Of a stretch of DNA of 64,000 nt, positions 1-8,487 are shown piece after piece. Position 1 is the stretch's first letter. Each line of letters begins with the position of its first letter. The position numbers and the translations under genes are program-made. The stretch lies in the IMG/VR virus record IMGVR_UViG_3300023237_000001, one strand, 5' to 3'. This DNA comes from an uncultured virus (IMG/VR IMGVR_UViG_3300023237_000001) (Duplodnaviria; Heunggongvirae; Uroviricota; Caudoviricetes). A model generated the notes under the pieces. It searched no databases. It was not told the DNA's origin and worked only from the letters and a program-made list of their open reading frames with translations.

Positions 1-7
1 AATATGC

Positions 8-38
8 AAAATTAACCCTTTTTTATGGGGGTTAATTT
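8..38 (-). terminator. Intrinsic terminator of the left-end operon
   Basis: Hairpin AAATTAACCC/GGGTTAATTT downstream of ORFs 173..739 and 54..170. Confidence 0.55.
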
Positions 39-53
39 GTTAGTAACTTTTAT

Positions 54-170
54 TTATTTCTTGGGATAAAATAAATCTTTTAAAATTGCTTTACCTAATG
101 ATAAAATTATATAGGATAAGAAAAGAATTAAACTCATATACGAAGTATAAATTATTGCTGTTAATAACAT
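54..170 (-). CDS. Small hydrophobic single-TM peptide, 38 aa (not in ORF track)
   Basis: Hand translation MLLTAIIYTSYMSLILFLSYIILSLGKAILKDLFYPKK; ATG 2 nt after the stop of 173..739; followed by a terminator. Confidence 0.55.
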   Translation of the reverse strand: MLLTAIIYTSYMSLILFLSYIILSLGKAILKDLFYPKK

Positions 171-172
171 AT

Positions 173-739
173 TTATTTAGCTTTTTTAATGAATGATAAT
201 GCTAAGTTAATTTTAACTAAAGTATTTGCATCTGAGTTAGCTTTAGCAAGTGAATCTACGCTGTAAGAGTTATCTGAATAGATAGCTTTATAAAATAAAT
301 TAAAGCTCTTTATATTACTTGTAAGAGCGTTAGTGTCTTTATTAGTAGCAGCAATAAGAATATTATTAATAAAGAAATCTCTTTTCTTTCTAATCGCTCC
401 CCTTTGCTTAGATTCTATCTTTGTAGCTTCTTTACTAAAGAACTTGTTAAACGCTTCTAAAGAGTAAATAGATTCTCTTTTACTCCCTTCATTTTTCTTT
501 TTTATAGATACTTTCTTAGATTCAAGTATTTGCATTACTTGTTCATGCGTTAATTCTTTACCCTCAGTTAGTAAATCATTTAAATCTTCTTCTGTTTTAA
601 TATTAGATAAATCTAATGAAGAGTTAGCAATTTTTTTAATCGCTGCTTTAGTTACTTTTTTTAATTCTATTGTTTCTTTAGAATCATTTAACCTTTGGTT
701 TGCTACTCTTGTTTTTGATACTGCTTTTAAATTTGACAT
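173..739 (-). CDS. Basic, Lys-rich hypothetical protein (possible first-expressed gene)
   Basis: 188-aa ORF with own TAnnTTTG promoter; codon style differs from the rest of the window. Confidence 0.75.
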   Translation of the reverse strand: MSNLKAVSKTRVANQRLNDSKETIELKKVTKAAIKKIANSSLDLSNIKTEEDLNDLLTEGKELTHEQVMQILESKKVSIKKKNEGSKRESIYSLEAFNKFFSKEATKIESKQRGAIRKKRDFFINNILIAATNKDTNALTSNIKSFNLFYKAIYSDNSYSVDSLAKANSDANTLVKINLALSFIKKAK

Positions 740-779
740 TTTTATTAATTTATAAAAAAGCTAAATTGCTTTCTTACCA

Positions 780-787
780 CAAAGATA
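780..787 (-). promoter_or_regulatory. Bacteroidota sigma-A -7 element TATCTTTG
   Basis: Matches TAnnTTTG about 40 nt upstream of the ATG at 739; TCTG (-33-like) lies 21 nt further upstream. Confidence 0.6.
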
Positions 788-825
788 GTTTTATTATTGA
801 GTTAAAAACAGAAATTAAAAAAATA

Positions 826-978
826 AAGTTAATTTAGAATCATTCTAAATAAGAAAAATTAATAAGTAAAAAAATCAATACAAAATTAAAAAAAATCATT
901 TATTAAGTTAATTTAGAATCATTCTAAATAGTAAAAAAATTGCTTATTAATAATGATTCTAAATAAGAAAATTAATAA
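826..978. promoter_or_regulatory. Tandem palindromic operators ATTTAGAATCATTCTAAAT (Fur/PerR-box-like)
   Basis: Perfect 9-1-9 palindromes at 832-850 and 911-929 inside a 26-nt direct repeat (826-851, 905-930); partial third copy about 952-978. Confidence 0.6.
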
Positions 979-984
979 AAAAAT

Positions 985-1460
985 TGGCAACTTTTCCACA
1001 ACTTTGCAACTTTCCCAAAGTCCACAGCCAAGGCCTAATGTTGAGGCCAGCTAGCGCCAGGGCCTCCACCAACTGGATCCGCAGCTTTTCGGGTTGGTTT
1101 GTTTTGTCTAGCAAGAAGTTTGTTTGTGCGCTTGTTATATACTTATCTTATAACACCCCCAAAGACTAGAATGCAACCTCCCTGGGCGATGAAAGGACCT
1201 GTGCTGCAACTTTAATGTGCCACTTCCCTGGGACTGCCTAGGGCCCTATTGTGTTTAGGATATAGGACTATAGGGCCTTGTTCTGTAAGCGTGGTAAAGG
1301 TCTAGGTCTTAGGGTTAGTGGGTGAGTATAGGTAAGCTGGTAATAGTGTAAGCTCGAGTCGCCTGGGTCCTTGGTTGAGTTAAGGAATAGGGTACATACT
1401 AGGTTCCCAAATTAGGTGGAGGAATATGAGAACCTAGGGCTTTACCTGGATAGGGCCTTA
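985..1460. repeat. GC-richer non-coding region with short repeats (possible packaging/terminus region)
   Basis: CAACTTT x3 at about 988-1014; (T)AGGGC(C) at 1059, 1239 (palindrome TAGGGCCCTA), 1271, 1435, 1451. Confidence 0.35.
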
Positions 1461-1463
1461 CCG

Positions 1464-2537
1464 CTATTGGGCTGGCATTTCGTCGGCGTCTAGGTCCAAG
1501 GCAAGTTCATGGGCCCTGCGGTCCTGATGTGATAGGTCTTTAAGGCCTTCCTCCAGCCCCTTTGCCTCTTCAGCCTTTAACGGTGAAATAAGAACAGGAA
1601 CCGAATTCTCATGCCCTTGTTCATTAGCATTAACAGTAGGCAGATCTTCTATACCATAGGCTTGGTTCAGGGCTTCTATCGCTTTACTATTCCCAATGGT
1701 TACCGGGAGTTTGGAGCTATTGATCATACGTATGGCATCATCTACATCCATGTGGTTTGACGTACCTTTTTCTTCGGGCTGTACCCCACCATTTAGGATC
1801 TGTATGGTTTGTGAGTTCTTAGGTCCGGCTACTAAGGCTATGAGGTCCTTGAATGAGCCTTGGGTCTTTAGGAGTAGATCTAGGGCCTTTGTGTACTCTG
1901 ATGATACAAAAGGTTTGTAGGTTTCGCCCTGTGACCTCTTCAATAACATTGCCTGCTCATACACTAACGCCCTGTCGCTTAAGGAACTGGAAAAAAGAGC
2001 CCCAATCCCTATTCCTACTATCTCGCTTATGTTTTCATCCCACGATTTTGATTGTGAATAGTTGGTAAGATCTAACTCAGATTGTGATAAGGATGTGTGA
2101 GGTAATTGTTCACTGTAGGCTTGGGTGTGGGTATTAATATCATTACCTTCAACATCAATGCCTACCTTACCTATACTATCCTTTGTATGCTTAGTAGTAC
2201 TAGATAGATTATTATGATTAGGTTCTTGTTTTGGGTTGGTTGGGTTATTAGGATTAGGTCCTGGGATAGAGGTATGTGGTTGTATTTGTTGGAGTTGGAA
2301 TAGGTCCTTAGTATATTGAAAGATTAAGGTTTGTATCTCCTGAGTGGGGGCCTTTAAGAGTAGGCTTAGTTGTAGAGTGGTATAATACTTATTGTTTATA
2401 GTATAATTGTTAGCTATATAGGATCTGATTAGGATCTGTTTTGATTGATTTAATATCTGTTTTTTGTTAGCAGGATCGGCTCTGTGTAAGGCCTTATTTG
2501 ATAGGGTTAAGCCTAGCGGTCTTGGTAATCGTTTCAT
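1464..2537 (-). CDS. Hypothetical protein, possibly terminase small subunit
   Basis: 357 aa; helical N-terminus, low-complexity PN/HT insert, acidic tail; adjacent to the putative terminus region. Function is a positional guess. Confidence 0.45.
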   Translation of the reverse strand: MKRLPRPLGLTLSNKALHRADPANKKQILNQSKQILIRSYIANNYTINNKYYTTLQLSLLLKAPTQEIQTLIFQYTKDLFQLQQIQPHTSIPGPNPNNPTNPKQEPNHNNLSSTTKHTKDSIGKVGIDVEGNDINTHTQAYSEQLPHTSLSQSELDLTNYSQSKSWDENISEIVGIGIGALFSSSLSDRALVYEQAMLLKRSQGETYKPFVSSEYTKALDLLLKTQGSFKDLIALVAGPKNSQTIQILNGGVQPEEKGTSNHMDVDDAIRMINSSKLPVTIGNSKAIEALNQAYGIEDLPTVNANEQGHENSVPVLISPLKAEEAKGLEEGLKDLSHQDRRAHELALDLDADEMPAQ

Positions 2538-2625
2538 TGTGGAATATTATATGGATTGATAAATGTAGCTGGTTTAACTATAGTACAGCATTATATATAT
2601 AGTGCAGTATTGATTTTACACTAGA

Positions 2626-2650
2626 AGGGGTAGATGATTAGTCTACCCCT
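2626..2650 (-). terminator. Hairpin / putative terminator
   Basis: AGGGGTAGA-7nt-TCTACCCCT downstream of 2704..3009. Confidence 0.5.
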
Positions 2651-2703
2651 ATTGGTTAGTTAAGTACTTAAGAATGATATATATTAGGCCAACTCTGTGT
2701 GGG

Positions 2704-3009
2704 TTAATCTGGGGCTAATGCTGTAATGTATTCGTCCCTGGCCCTGACTGAGTTTGCAGCATCTATGGCGTAAATACCCATCTTTACAGGATAATTTCTC
2801 GCAATGGGTAAACCAACATCTGATAATTCTAATATGGTTATCCTTCGGGCATCAGTCTGAATATACCATCTTAAATAATATTCATCCATATCAGGAGTTC
2901 CTATAGTTTCACTTGGTATACCCACTAATGCTGTTACCGCTTCGGTAGTTGTTAGTACTGTATCACCGTAAAGACTTAGGCCCGCTGGTTTCTTTTTAAT
3001 TCTTTGCAT
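2704..3009 (-). CDS. Hypothetical protein
   Basis: 101-aa ORF in the minus-strand gene run. Confidence 0.7.
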   Translation of the reverse strand: MQRIKKKPAGLSLYGDTVLTTTEAVTALVGIPSETIGTPDMDEYYLRWYIQTDARRITILELSDVGLPIARNYPVKMGIYAIDAANSVRARDEYITALAPD

Positions 3010-3048
3010 GTTTCTCGTTTTTGTATAGATAGAGATATTAGTCCAGTG

Positions 3049-3690
3049 TTAGCATGCCGAGGCAACCTTGTTGCAATCAATGTCCGGTGTTATATTATCG
3101 TAGAAGTATACCATAAGTTGTGGTAAATTGCAGCGGGTATTTTCTGGTTTGTCATTGTTATCCCTGGCTAAGGCTAATAGTTTATCCTTTAGCAATAAGT
3201 TTTGGTCTCCCAGGATTGAAAGCTTATTTGATATTAAAAGTTCAAGGTTTTCTGATAGGTAAATAATATCGCTATTCCCTGAGTTCCTTGCGTAATGGTA
3301 TATAAGGTTAGGGTAATAACCCAGTAGGAATGATACCAGGGCTTTGGTGTATGTGCTATGGTGATCTTGGGTTAATATGGATTTTATTGATATGTTATCA
3401 TGAGTGATGATACTCAGGTTAAGTGATGTATCAGATTTTAATAAGGGTATAAGGGCAGTTATGGCATCGGAATAATTTAGTATTCTTTCCGTGTATTTAA
3501 GTTTCGGAGATAGTTTACCCTTTATGAATATATATGGGTTTTCCCCTTGTGAGCATGATTCTATTAGTAGGTCTAAGGTTGGTGATAGTTTTATTCTGTT
3601 TGGCCTTAGTTCCAGGTTACTTGATTTTATATATTCTAGGTCTGGGAATGTGGGTTTTAAGAATTTGATTAGGGCTGTAGTGCTGTCCAT
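3049..3690 (-). CDS. Hypothetical protein
   Basis: 213-aa ORF, tight packing. Confidence 0.75.
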   Translation of the reverse strand: MDSTTALIKFLKPTFPDLEYIKSSNLELRPNRIKLSPTLDLLIESCSQGENPYIFIKGKLSPKLKYTERILNYSDAITALIPLLKSDTSLNLSIITHDNISIKSILTQDHHSTYTKALVSFLLGYYPNLIYHYARNSGNSDIIYLSENLELLISNKLSILGDQNLLLKDKLLALARDNNDKPENTRCNLPQLMVYFYDNITPDIDCNKVASAC

Positions 3691-3708
3691 GTTATTTGAT
3701 TTTGGGAT

Positions 3709-4227
3709 TTAGGTGGAGTATTGACTCCAGTCAGTTAATTCAATTTTTTGGTGGTGGTTTAATAAGGCAAGCATGATACCTATTTGGTAATTTTCCCCGA
3801 TTTTCGTTATATATTTTGGGGGTGTTAATTCCATGTATTCCTTGTATGGAGATAACCAGGCAGACCATAGATCAGAGCATTGATCCCGCATAAGGGTATC
3901 GTATTCCTCATGGGTTTTAATGGTTTTGGTTAAAAGTTGTTCTTGGGTAAAGATTCCCTTTTCCCCGTCCTTGATTTCATCGGTATGTATAGGTAATAGG
4001 GTTTCATAGTATTCTTGTTGTAATTCCAGTTCTGTTTTAATTGTTCCTTCTGTTATATTGAAGAAGTTAAGGGTTGCATTGAATCCGATTAAAGCCTGGA
4101 TTTCTTGAAATAGGTTATAGGTACGGGTGATGTTTATATATTGGCATGAACCAAGGATATCGCATGTTTCAAGTTTTTCCCGTTCAATTAGATAAGTTTC
4201 GCAAAGTATTTGGATTTGTTTTTGCAT
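3709..4227 (-). CDS. Hypothetical protein
   Basis: 172-aa ORF, MQK start shared with neighbours. Confidence 0.75.
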   Translation of the reverse strand: MQKQIQILCETYLIEREKLETCDILGSCQYINITRTYNLFQEIQALIGFNATLNFFNITEGTIKTELELQQEYYETLLPIHTDEIKDGEKGIFTQEQLLTKTIKTHEEYDTLMRDQCSDLWSAWLSPYKEYMELTPPKYITKIGENYQIGIMLALLNHHQKIELTDWSQYST

Positions 4228-4231
4228 GGGA

Positions 4232-4669
4232 TTAATCGAATAGGTTAAATTCCGTTATGGTATTGATATTGATTTTGATCATGTGATCCTCTTCGTTATC
4301 CTCGTAACCGTTTTCCGAGAATGGTAGGAATTCTATGAATAGATCGCCTTTGTTTTGGAGTAATAGTGAGAATACATCCTCGTTAGGTTTAAAGATATGA
4401 TCGATTCCATTTGCATAGTAAAGAACCATGCAGTCCCCGTACCCTTGTTCGATTTCATGGATTGTCCCATCCTTGGTTTTAATGATGGCACCTAAGTCCC
4501 AGTCTGATGTGTGTTCCGCCCAGCCCATTGTTGCAATGAATTGTACCGTGTGATGAATAGATAGGAAGTGTTCCGCATTATGTATTGTTACGGGGTTTTC
4601 CAGTTGTTGAAATAATAAGTAGGATATTCCTATGTTGTTGTTTGGTAGTTGAAAGATGGATTTTTGCAT
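4232..4669 (-). CDS. Hypothetical acidic protein
   Basis: 145-aa ORF directly behind a promoter repeat. Confidence 0.8.
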   Translation of the reverse strand: MQKSIFQLPNNNIGISYLLFQQLENPVTIHNAEHFLSIHHTVQFIATMGWAEHTSDWDLGAIIKTKDGTIHEIEQGYGDCMVLYYANGIDHIFKPNEDVFSLLLQNKGDLFIEFLPFSENGYEDNEEDHMIKININTITEFNLFD

Positions 4670-4720
4670 GAGATTTTAATTATTTAATTATACTCAAATA
4701 TAATAAATTTAATAACCTGA
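4670..4720 (-). promoter_or_regulatory. Cassette promoter/leader repeat, copy 1
   Basis: TCAGGTTATT..TATATTTGAGTATAATTAAATAATTAAAATCTC-ATG; contains TAnnTTTG. Confidence 0.85.
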
Positions 4721-4723
4721 ATT

Positions 4724-5053
4724 TTAACTATAATCCCTATTCTCATCATCATACGGTTTACCTAAATGGTTGTATAAATGGTCGGCGTATTGTTCCCATT
4801 TACTGGATTTATGGAAGGAAAATATCTGTATCGGGGTAAAATGTTCTGGTATAATGCCCTCCTGGACTGGTTTGAGATCGAATGGGATTGAAGTGTCTAC
4901 CCAGTTAATAATCTGTTTCTTGATTTTCGTTAGCATATCCTGGGATTCTTGTTCCCTTGATTCATCTAGGAATGTACCGTCCTGAATATCTTGTTCCATA
5001 GCATTGCATAGGACATAGAGTTGAAATATGGATAGGTTTGTTAGTTCAAACAT
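4724..5053 (-). CDS. Hypothetical protein (LSxFQL family, acidic)
   Basis: 109 aa; N-terminus resembles 8808..9074. Confidence 0.75.
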   Translation of the reverse strand: MFELTNLSIFQLYVLCNAMEQDIQDGTFLDESREQESQDMLTKIKKQIINWVDTSIPFDLKPVQEGIIPEHFTPIQIFSFHKSSKWEQYADHLYNHLGKPYDDENRDYS

Positions 5054-5076
5054 TATAATAAGATTTTGATTTTTAA

Positions 5077-5397
5077 CTATATGTGATTAAGGTTACTCCA
5101 GGTAATGTAGCAGTAATCTTCCTCGTAAAAGATAGATCCTTTAGATAGGCCATGTTTACCAATACCGTGGATATCCGATAATTGTTTGGTGGTTATGGTA
5201 TGGGTGGGTTTATATATGATTATATGGTGTATAGTACGATTGTGTAGTTTAACCGTGTTATATGTTCGTAATTTACCCCCAGTAAAGAATGAAAAGTTTT
5301 CTGTAATTGAATTAGGGAAAGCCTTATGATAATCCGAGTTATGTAGTTGGATTAACCTAGCATCGAATTCGTTTTGGGTATATGTATGTTTTGGCAT
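5077..5397 (-). CDS. Hypothetical protein
   Basis: 106 aa, starts directly after a promoter repeat. Confidence 0.75.
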   Translation of the reverse strand: MPKHTYTQNEFDARLIQLHNSDYHKAFPNSITENFSFFTGGKLRTYNTVKLHNRTIHHIIIYKPTHTITTKQLSDIHGIGKHGLSKGSIFYEEDYCYITWSNLNHI

Positions 5398-5448
5398 GAG
5401 ATTTTAATTATTTAATTATACTCAAATATAAATATTAATATAACCTGA
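5398..5448 (-). promoter_or_regulatory. Cassette promoter/leader repeat, copy 2
   Basis: TCAGGTTATATTAATATTTATATTTGAGTATAATTAAATAATTAAAATCTC-ATG. Confidence 0.85.
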
Positions 5449-5449
5449 T

Positions 5450-5596
5450 TTAAAACGGTATTAAATCTATTAGGGTATCTCCCGTGGGTTCATCATCATA
5501 TAATAAATCTGTATTAGGATCCATACCCTTGGCTAATACCTCCTGGATTAAATCACTAAGACTTCGGTGTTTGCAACTATGAATTATACTATACAT
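5450..5596 (-). CDS. Small acidic protein, 48 aa (not in ORF track)
   Basis: MYSIIHSCKHRSLSDLIQEVLAKGMDPNTDLLYDDEPTGDTLIDLIPF; overlaps the upstream stop and ends exactly at a repeat. Confidence 0.6.
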   Translation of the reverse strand: MYSIIHSCKHRSLSDLIQEVLAKGMDPNTDLLYDDEPTGDTLIDLIPF

Positions 5597-5888
5597 TGTT
5601 ACTGTCTTTAGCCCATAACCTTTGTAAATCTCGGTGCATATTCATTTTCTCAAGAGTATCATAAAAGCTTATTGCCCTTTCTGCCTCTTTCTTAGATTCA
5701 AATACTACATCATACCAATACTGATGAACGTTTCCATGTATATGGTTATATTTTCTGTAAATTGTATAGGATAGTCCCCAGAATTTACTGTATTTGAATA
5801 TGTATTTACCGTCTTTCCTTTTGGTTATAAGGATTAAGTACCTACTTTTGTTTATGTAGGATTGTAGGCATCGATATATTTTTCTCAT
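5589..5888 (-). CDS. Hypothetical protein
   Basis: 99-aa ORF. Confidence 0.65.
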   Translation of the reverse strand: MRKIYRCLQSYINKSRYLILITKRKDGKYIFKYSKFWGLSYTIYRKYNHIHGNVHQYWYDVVFESKKEAERAISFYDTLEKMNMHRDLQRLWAKDSNNV

Positions 5889-6378
5889 AACCTATATGTT
5901 TGTTTAGTTTGATATAATAATCCCAGATTAGTTTTGTGTTGTTATACCCAAAAGGGTTGAATTGTATTATGGGTTTAATATGTTTATGTATCATAACCAA
6001 GGCATTATGATTGTAGGCATAGAATTCAGGGTTAGGGTATGGTAATGTAGAATGTAAAACGGTACCTATAGATGTTAGGCCTGTTTTTAAAATTATATGA
6101 TCCTTGATAAGTTGTATAAAGGTTTTATCTGTTCCTGTATCTGGTAAAGCTTGTGATGTGAAAGCCCCTTCTAATCTTAATTCCTTAGCTAAGTCTATAC
6201 CTAAGGCCTGGTTTAAAAGTTTGATAACGTTTCGACCTAATATAGGTTTTTTGTATTGAGCTTGAATATAGTTAGTACTCTTACCTAAATCCTTACATAG
6301 TACGCTTACCTTAACCCTTTTTTGTAGTAGGTAATTTTTCAATAGAACCCCTTCATGTTTGGTGTATAGATTAGACAT
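5842..6378 (-). CDS. Cro/CI-type HTH domain protein
   Basis: Likely start MSNLYTKHEG (6378); LKNYL..KRVKVSVLCKDLGKSTNYI..LLNQALGIDL resembles an XRE HTH. Confidence 0.55.
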   Translation of the reverse strand: MSNLYTKHEGVLLKNYLLQKRVKVSVLCKDLGKSTNYIQAQYKKPILGRNVIKLLNQALGIDLAKELRLEGAFTSQALPDTGTDKTFIQLIKDHIILKTGLTSIGTVLHSTLPYPNPEFYAYNHNALVMIHKHIKPIIQFNPFGYNNTKLIWDYYIKLNKHIGYEKNISMPTILHKQK

Positions 6379-6697
6379 GGTGTATTTGTTTGATACCTTG
6401 TAAATTATATAAGTAATGGCCTTCTTCCCTGTTATCATCCATCAAGGGTAATACCACTAAAGCATAGTTCCCAGCATCAGGTTCTAAGACATCTGATTTG
6501 TTTTCAAATAGGAAATTGGTAATGGGTTGTAGGTAGAAGTTATTATCGGGTTTGGATACCAGATGGATCTTGATACCTTGTATGGCATCCAGTTCTAGTT
6601 GGTCCCCCGAGGATTTAAAGATAGCTACCTGTGGAAGTGGGGCTTCATCGATAACCCAGTCGTAAAATATGAATGGTACTATGTATGTTTTAAGCAT
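6371..6697 (-). CDS. Hypothetical protein (KxYIVP N-terminal family)
   Basis: 108 aa. Confidence 0.7.
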   Translation of the reverse strand: MLKTYIVPFIFYDWVIDEAPLPQVAIFKSSGDQLELDAIQGIKIHLVSKPDNNFYLQPITNFLFENKSDVLEPDAGNYALVVLPLMDDNREEGHYLYNLQGIKQIHHV

Positions 6698-6974
6698 TCT
6701 CTAGTGATTTATAAGATTCGTAATCCTTGATTATATCAAGCTTATCTAATATGAGGGCTGAGGTGAACAATTCGATGCCCCTGGCATAAAAGTATTTGAT
6801 ATTCTTATGATCAATAGTGCCCCGGTATATGGTAAGGATAGATTCCCGCATTCCTGAGGTCATACCCGTATTATGGTTGATGTGATTGGTTAATACCCTT
6901 TCGTGGTTATTAAGTAAAGCCTTATAATGTTTTGTATTGGCAAGCTTTGATGATGTGGTTTCGGGAGTTTGCAT
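6690..6974 (-). CDS. Hypothetical protein
   Basis: 94 aa behind a promoter repeat. Confidence 0.75.
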   Translation of the reverse strand: MQTPETTSSKLANTKHYKALLNNHERVLTNHINHNTGMTSGMRESILTIYRGTIDHKNIKYFYARGIELFTSALILDKLDIIKDYESYKSLENA

Positions 6975-7025
6975 GAGATTTTAATTATTTAATTATACTC
7001 AAATATAAATATTAATATAACCTGA
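6975..7025 (-). promoter_or_regulatory. Cassette promoter/leader repeat, copy 3
   Basis: Identical to copy 2. Confidence 0.85.
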
Positions 7026-7037
7026 TTTTTAAACCTA

Positions 7038-7565
7038 TTATAAAACCTTAGGATCGATAGCCCATTGCATAAGTGATTGCTTATATTTTGGGTAGGTAAT
7101 TTTATCGGTTAATTGGGTGGTGGTATTACCAGGCCTATTGGTAATTAATTTGGTATACCGGGCAAAATGGCGAGCTTTAAATGATTTCCAGCGTTGTATT
7201 TGCCTAATATCATCGGGGCATCGGCGGCCGTAATAGAATCGGCAGTACCATTGGAACCAACCCTCGGTGTCGTATTGGTGATTTATTAAATTACGTTCCT
7301 CCCACCATTCCCTTGATTTATTTGCCAATATGCCATAACAATTTACGTTTTTGTTTTGGGTATTTAGCGTATATTTGTTGGTGGGTAATGAATGCCAATC
7401 AAGAGGGATAAATTCCCGGTATGAATAATGTGAAAAGTAAGTACCGCCAAATACCCCAGCTTTAAGGATTTGAAAGGGTGTAAGAGTTGGTAAAAAGGCT
7501 GGGTAATCATCGAAGAATAATTCATCGGGTGATGGTTTAAGATTGGTGTTGAAGGTAATTGACAT
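7038..7565 (-). CDS. Conserved uncharacterised protein (FGGTYF..GWFQWYCRFYYGRR..DD.RQI.RW family)
   Basis: Distinctive Trp/Tyr/Arg motif set, recalled from a family in giant viruses, eukaryotes and some bacteria. Confidence 0.7.
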   Translation of the reverse strand: MSITFNTNLKPSPDELFFDDYPAFLPTLTPFQILKAGVFGGTYFSHYSYREFIPLDWHSLPTNKYTLNTQNKNVNCYGILANKSREWWEERNLINHQYDTEGWFQWYCRFYYGRRCPDDIRQIQRWKSFKARHFARYTKLITNRPGNTTTQLTDKITYPKYKQSLMQWAIDPKVL

Positions 7566-7571
7566 TATATT

Positions 7572-7841
7572 TTAATTATGAGGTTTTAATGAATATGTGA
7601 TTGATCCTTTTTTTGGTATATGTTTAAATATTTTGGGTACCTTGGGTTTAGTAGCGTAATTATGTAATAAGGAAGCACAGTAATTATGTTGATAGAAAGG
7701 GTAATCAGCTGTTGAAGCTAATGATTGAATGAATGGTAGATTATTTTTGTTAGAAGCCCAATTTGATACCTGCCTAGAAGTAAAGAATAGTGTATGGGTG
7801 GGATCCATGGCATGTAATATTTTTTGGAATTGGTTTTGCAT
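7572..7841 (-). CDS. Hypothetical protein
   Basis: 89 aa behind a promoter repeat. Confidence 0.7.
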   Translation of the reverse strand: MQNQFQKILHAMDPTHTLFFTSRQVSNWASNKNNLPFIQSLASTADYPFYQHNYCASLLHNYATKPKVPKIFKHIPKKGSITYSLKPHN

Positions 7842-7892
7842 GAGATTTTAATTATTTAATTATACTCAAATATAATAAATTTAATAACCTGA
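7842..7892 (-). promoter_or_regulatory. Cassette promoter/leader repeat, copy 4
   Basis: Same variant as copy 1. Confidence 0.85.
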
Positions 7893-7901
7893 TTTAAAAC
7901 A

Positions 7902-7929
7902 ATAAAGGGCGGTGGAGGCCGCCCTTTAT
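7902..7929 (-). terminator. Intrinsic terminator
   Basis: ATAAAGGGCGG-6nt-CCGCCCTTTAT; T-rich tail on minus; sits just upstream of a promoter repeat. Confidence 0.75.
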
Positions 7930-7990
7930 AGTCTAACTAAAAAACTGGAAAATGTCACAAAACCAGCTTTTTTGAACCTACCCTATATTT

Positions 7991-8437
7991 TTAACCAAAA
8001 GCCCATACCTGCATAGATTTGAATAAATCTGGGTAACGGTCTGAGAATTGGGAATAATGTTTTGGATCGAACCCTGTATCATAACCATCGCATCCTAAAC
8101 TAAATATCTTAAATAATATATCGAATATATTACAAAAATCCCTGATATCGGGTGATTTACTGGTCATGGGATCAAAGGGCATGATATTATTAAAAGCAAT
8201 GATGGCCATTATATCATTGATATCTCCTGGAGTTTCAATATATGTGGATGGACCATTATAATAAGGATTAGACTTATTAAATGTTTGGTCCTTTCTTTCT
8301 TTCATTGATTCATTAAGCCATACCCGTTTTCGTATTTCGGGTTCCTTTTGTAAAGCATGCCATAAAGATCGCATGGTATATTGATTGGTATTCTTTTGAA
8401 TGAATATAAGGGTATTAACTGGGACTGTAGTATACAT
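7991..8437 (-). CDS. Hypothetical protein
   Basis: 148 aa behind a promoter repeat. Confidence 0.75.
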   Translation of the reverse strand: MYTTVPVNTLIFIQKNTNQYTMRSLWHALQKEPEIRKRVWLNESMKERKDQTFNKSNPYYNGPSTYIETPGDINDIMAIIAFNNIMPFDPMTSKSPDIRDFCNIFDILFKIFSLGCDGYDTGFDPKHYSQFSDRYPDLFKSMQVWAFG

Positions 8438-8487
8438 AGATTTTAATTATTTAATTATACTCAAATATAAATATTAAATAAACATGA
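8438..8487 (-). promoter_or_regulatory. Cassette promoter/leader repeat, copy 5 (TCATGTT variant)
   Basis: TCATGTTTATTTAATATTTATATTTGAGTATAATTAAATAATTAAAATCT-ATG. Confidence 0.8.

Noticed and set aside
984..1169. Plus-strand 61-aa ORF
   Set aside because: TTG start, lies in the short-repeat region, no coding signal; cannot be fully excluded
6379..6438. ORF-track start for the HTH gene (MITGKK)
   Set aside because: Long overlap with the upstream gene; the ATG at 6378 overlapping the upstream stop is more plausible
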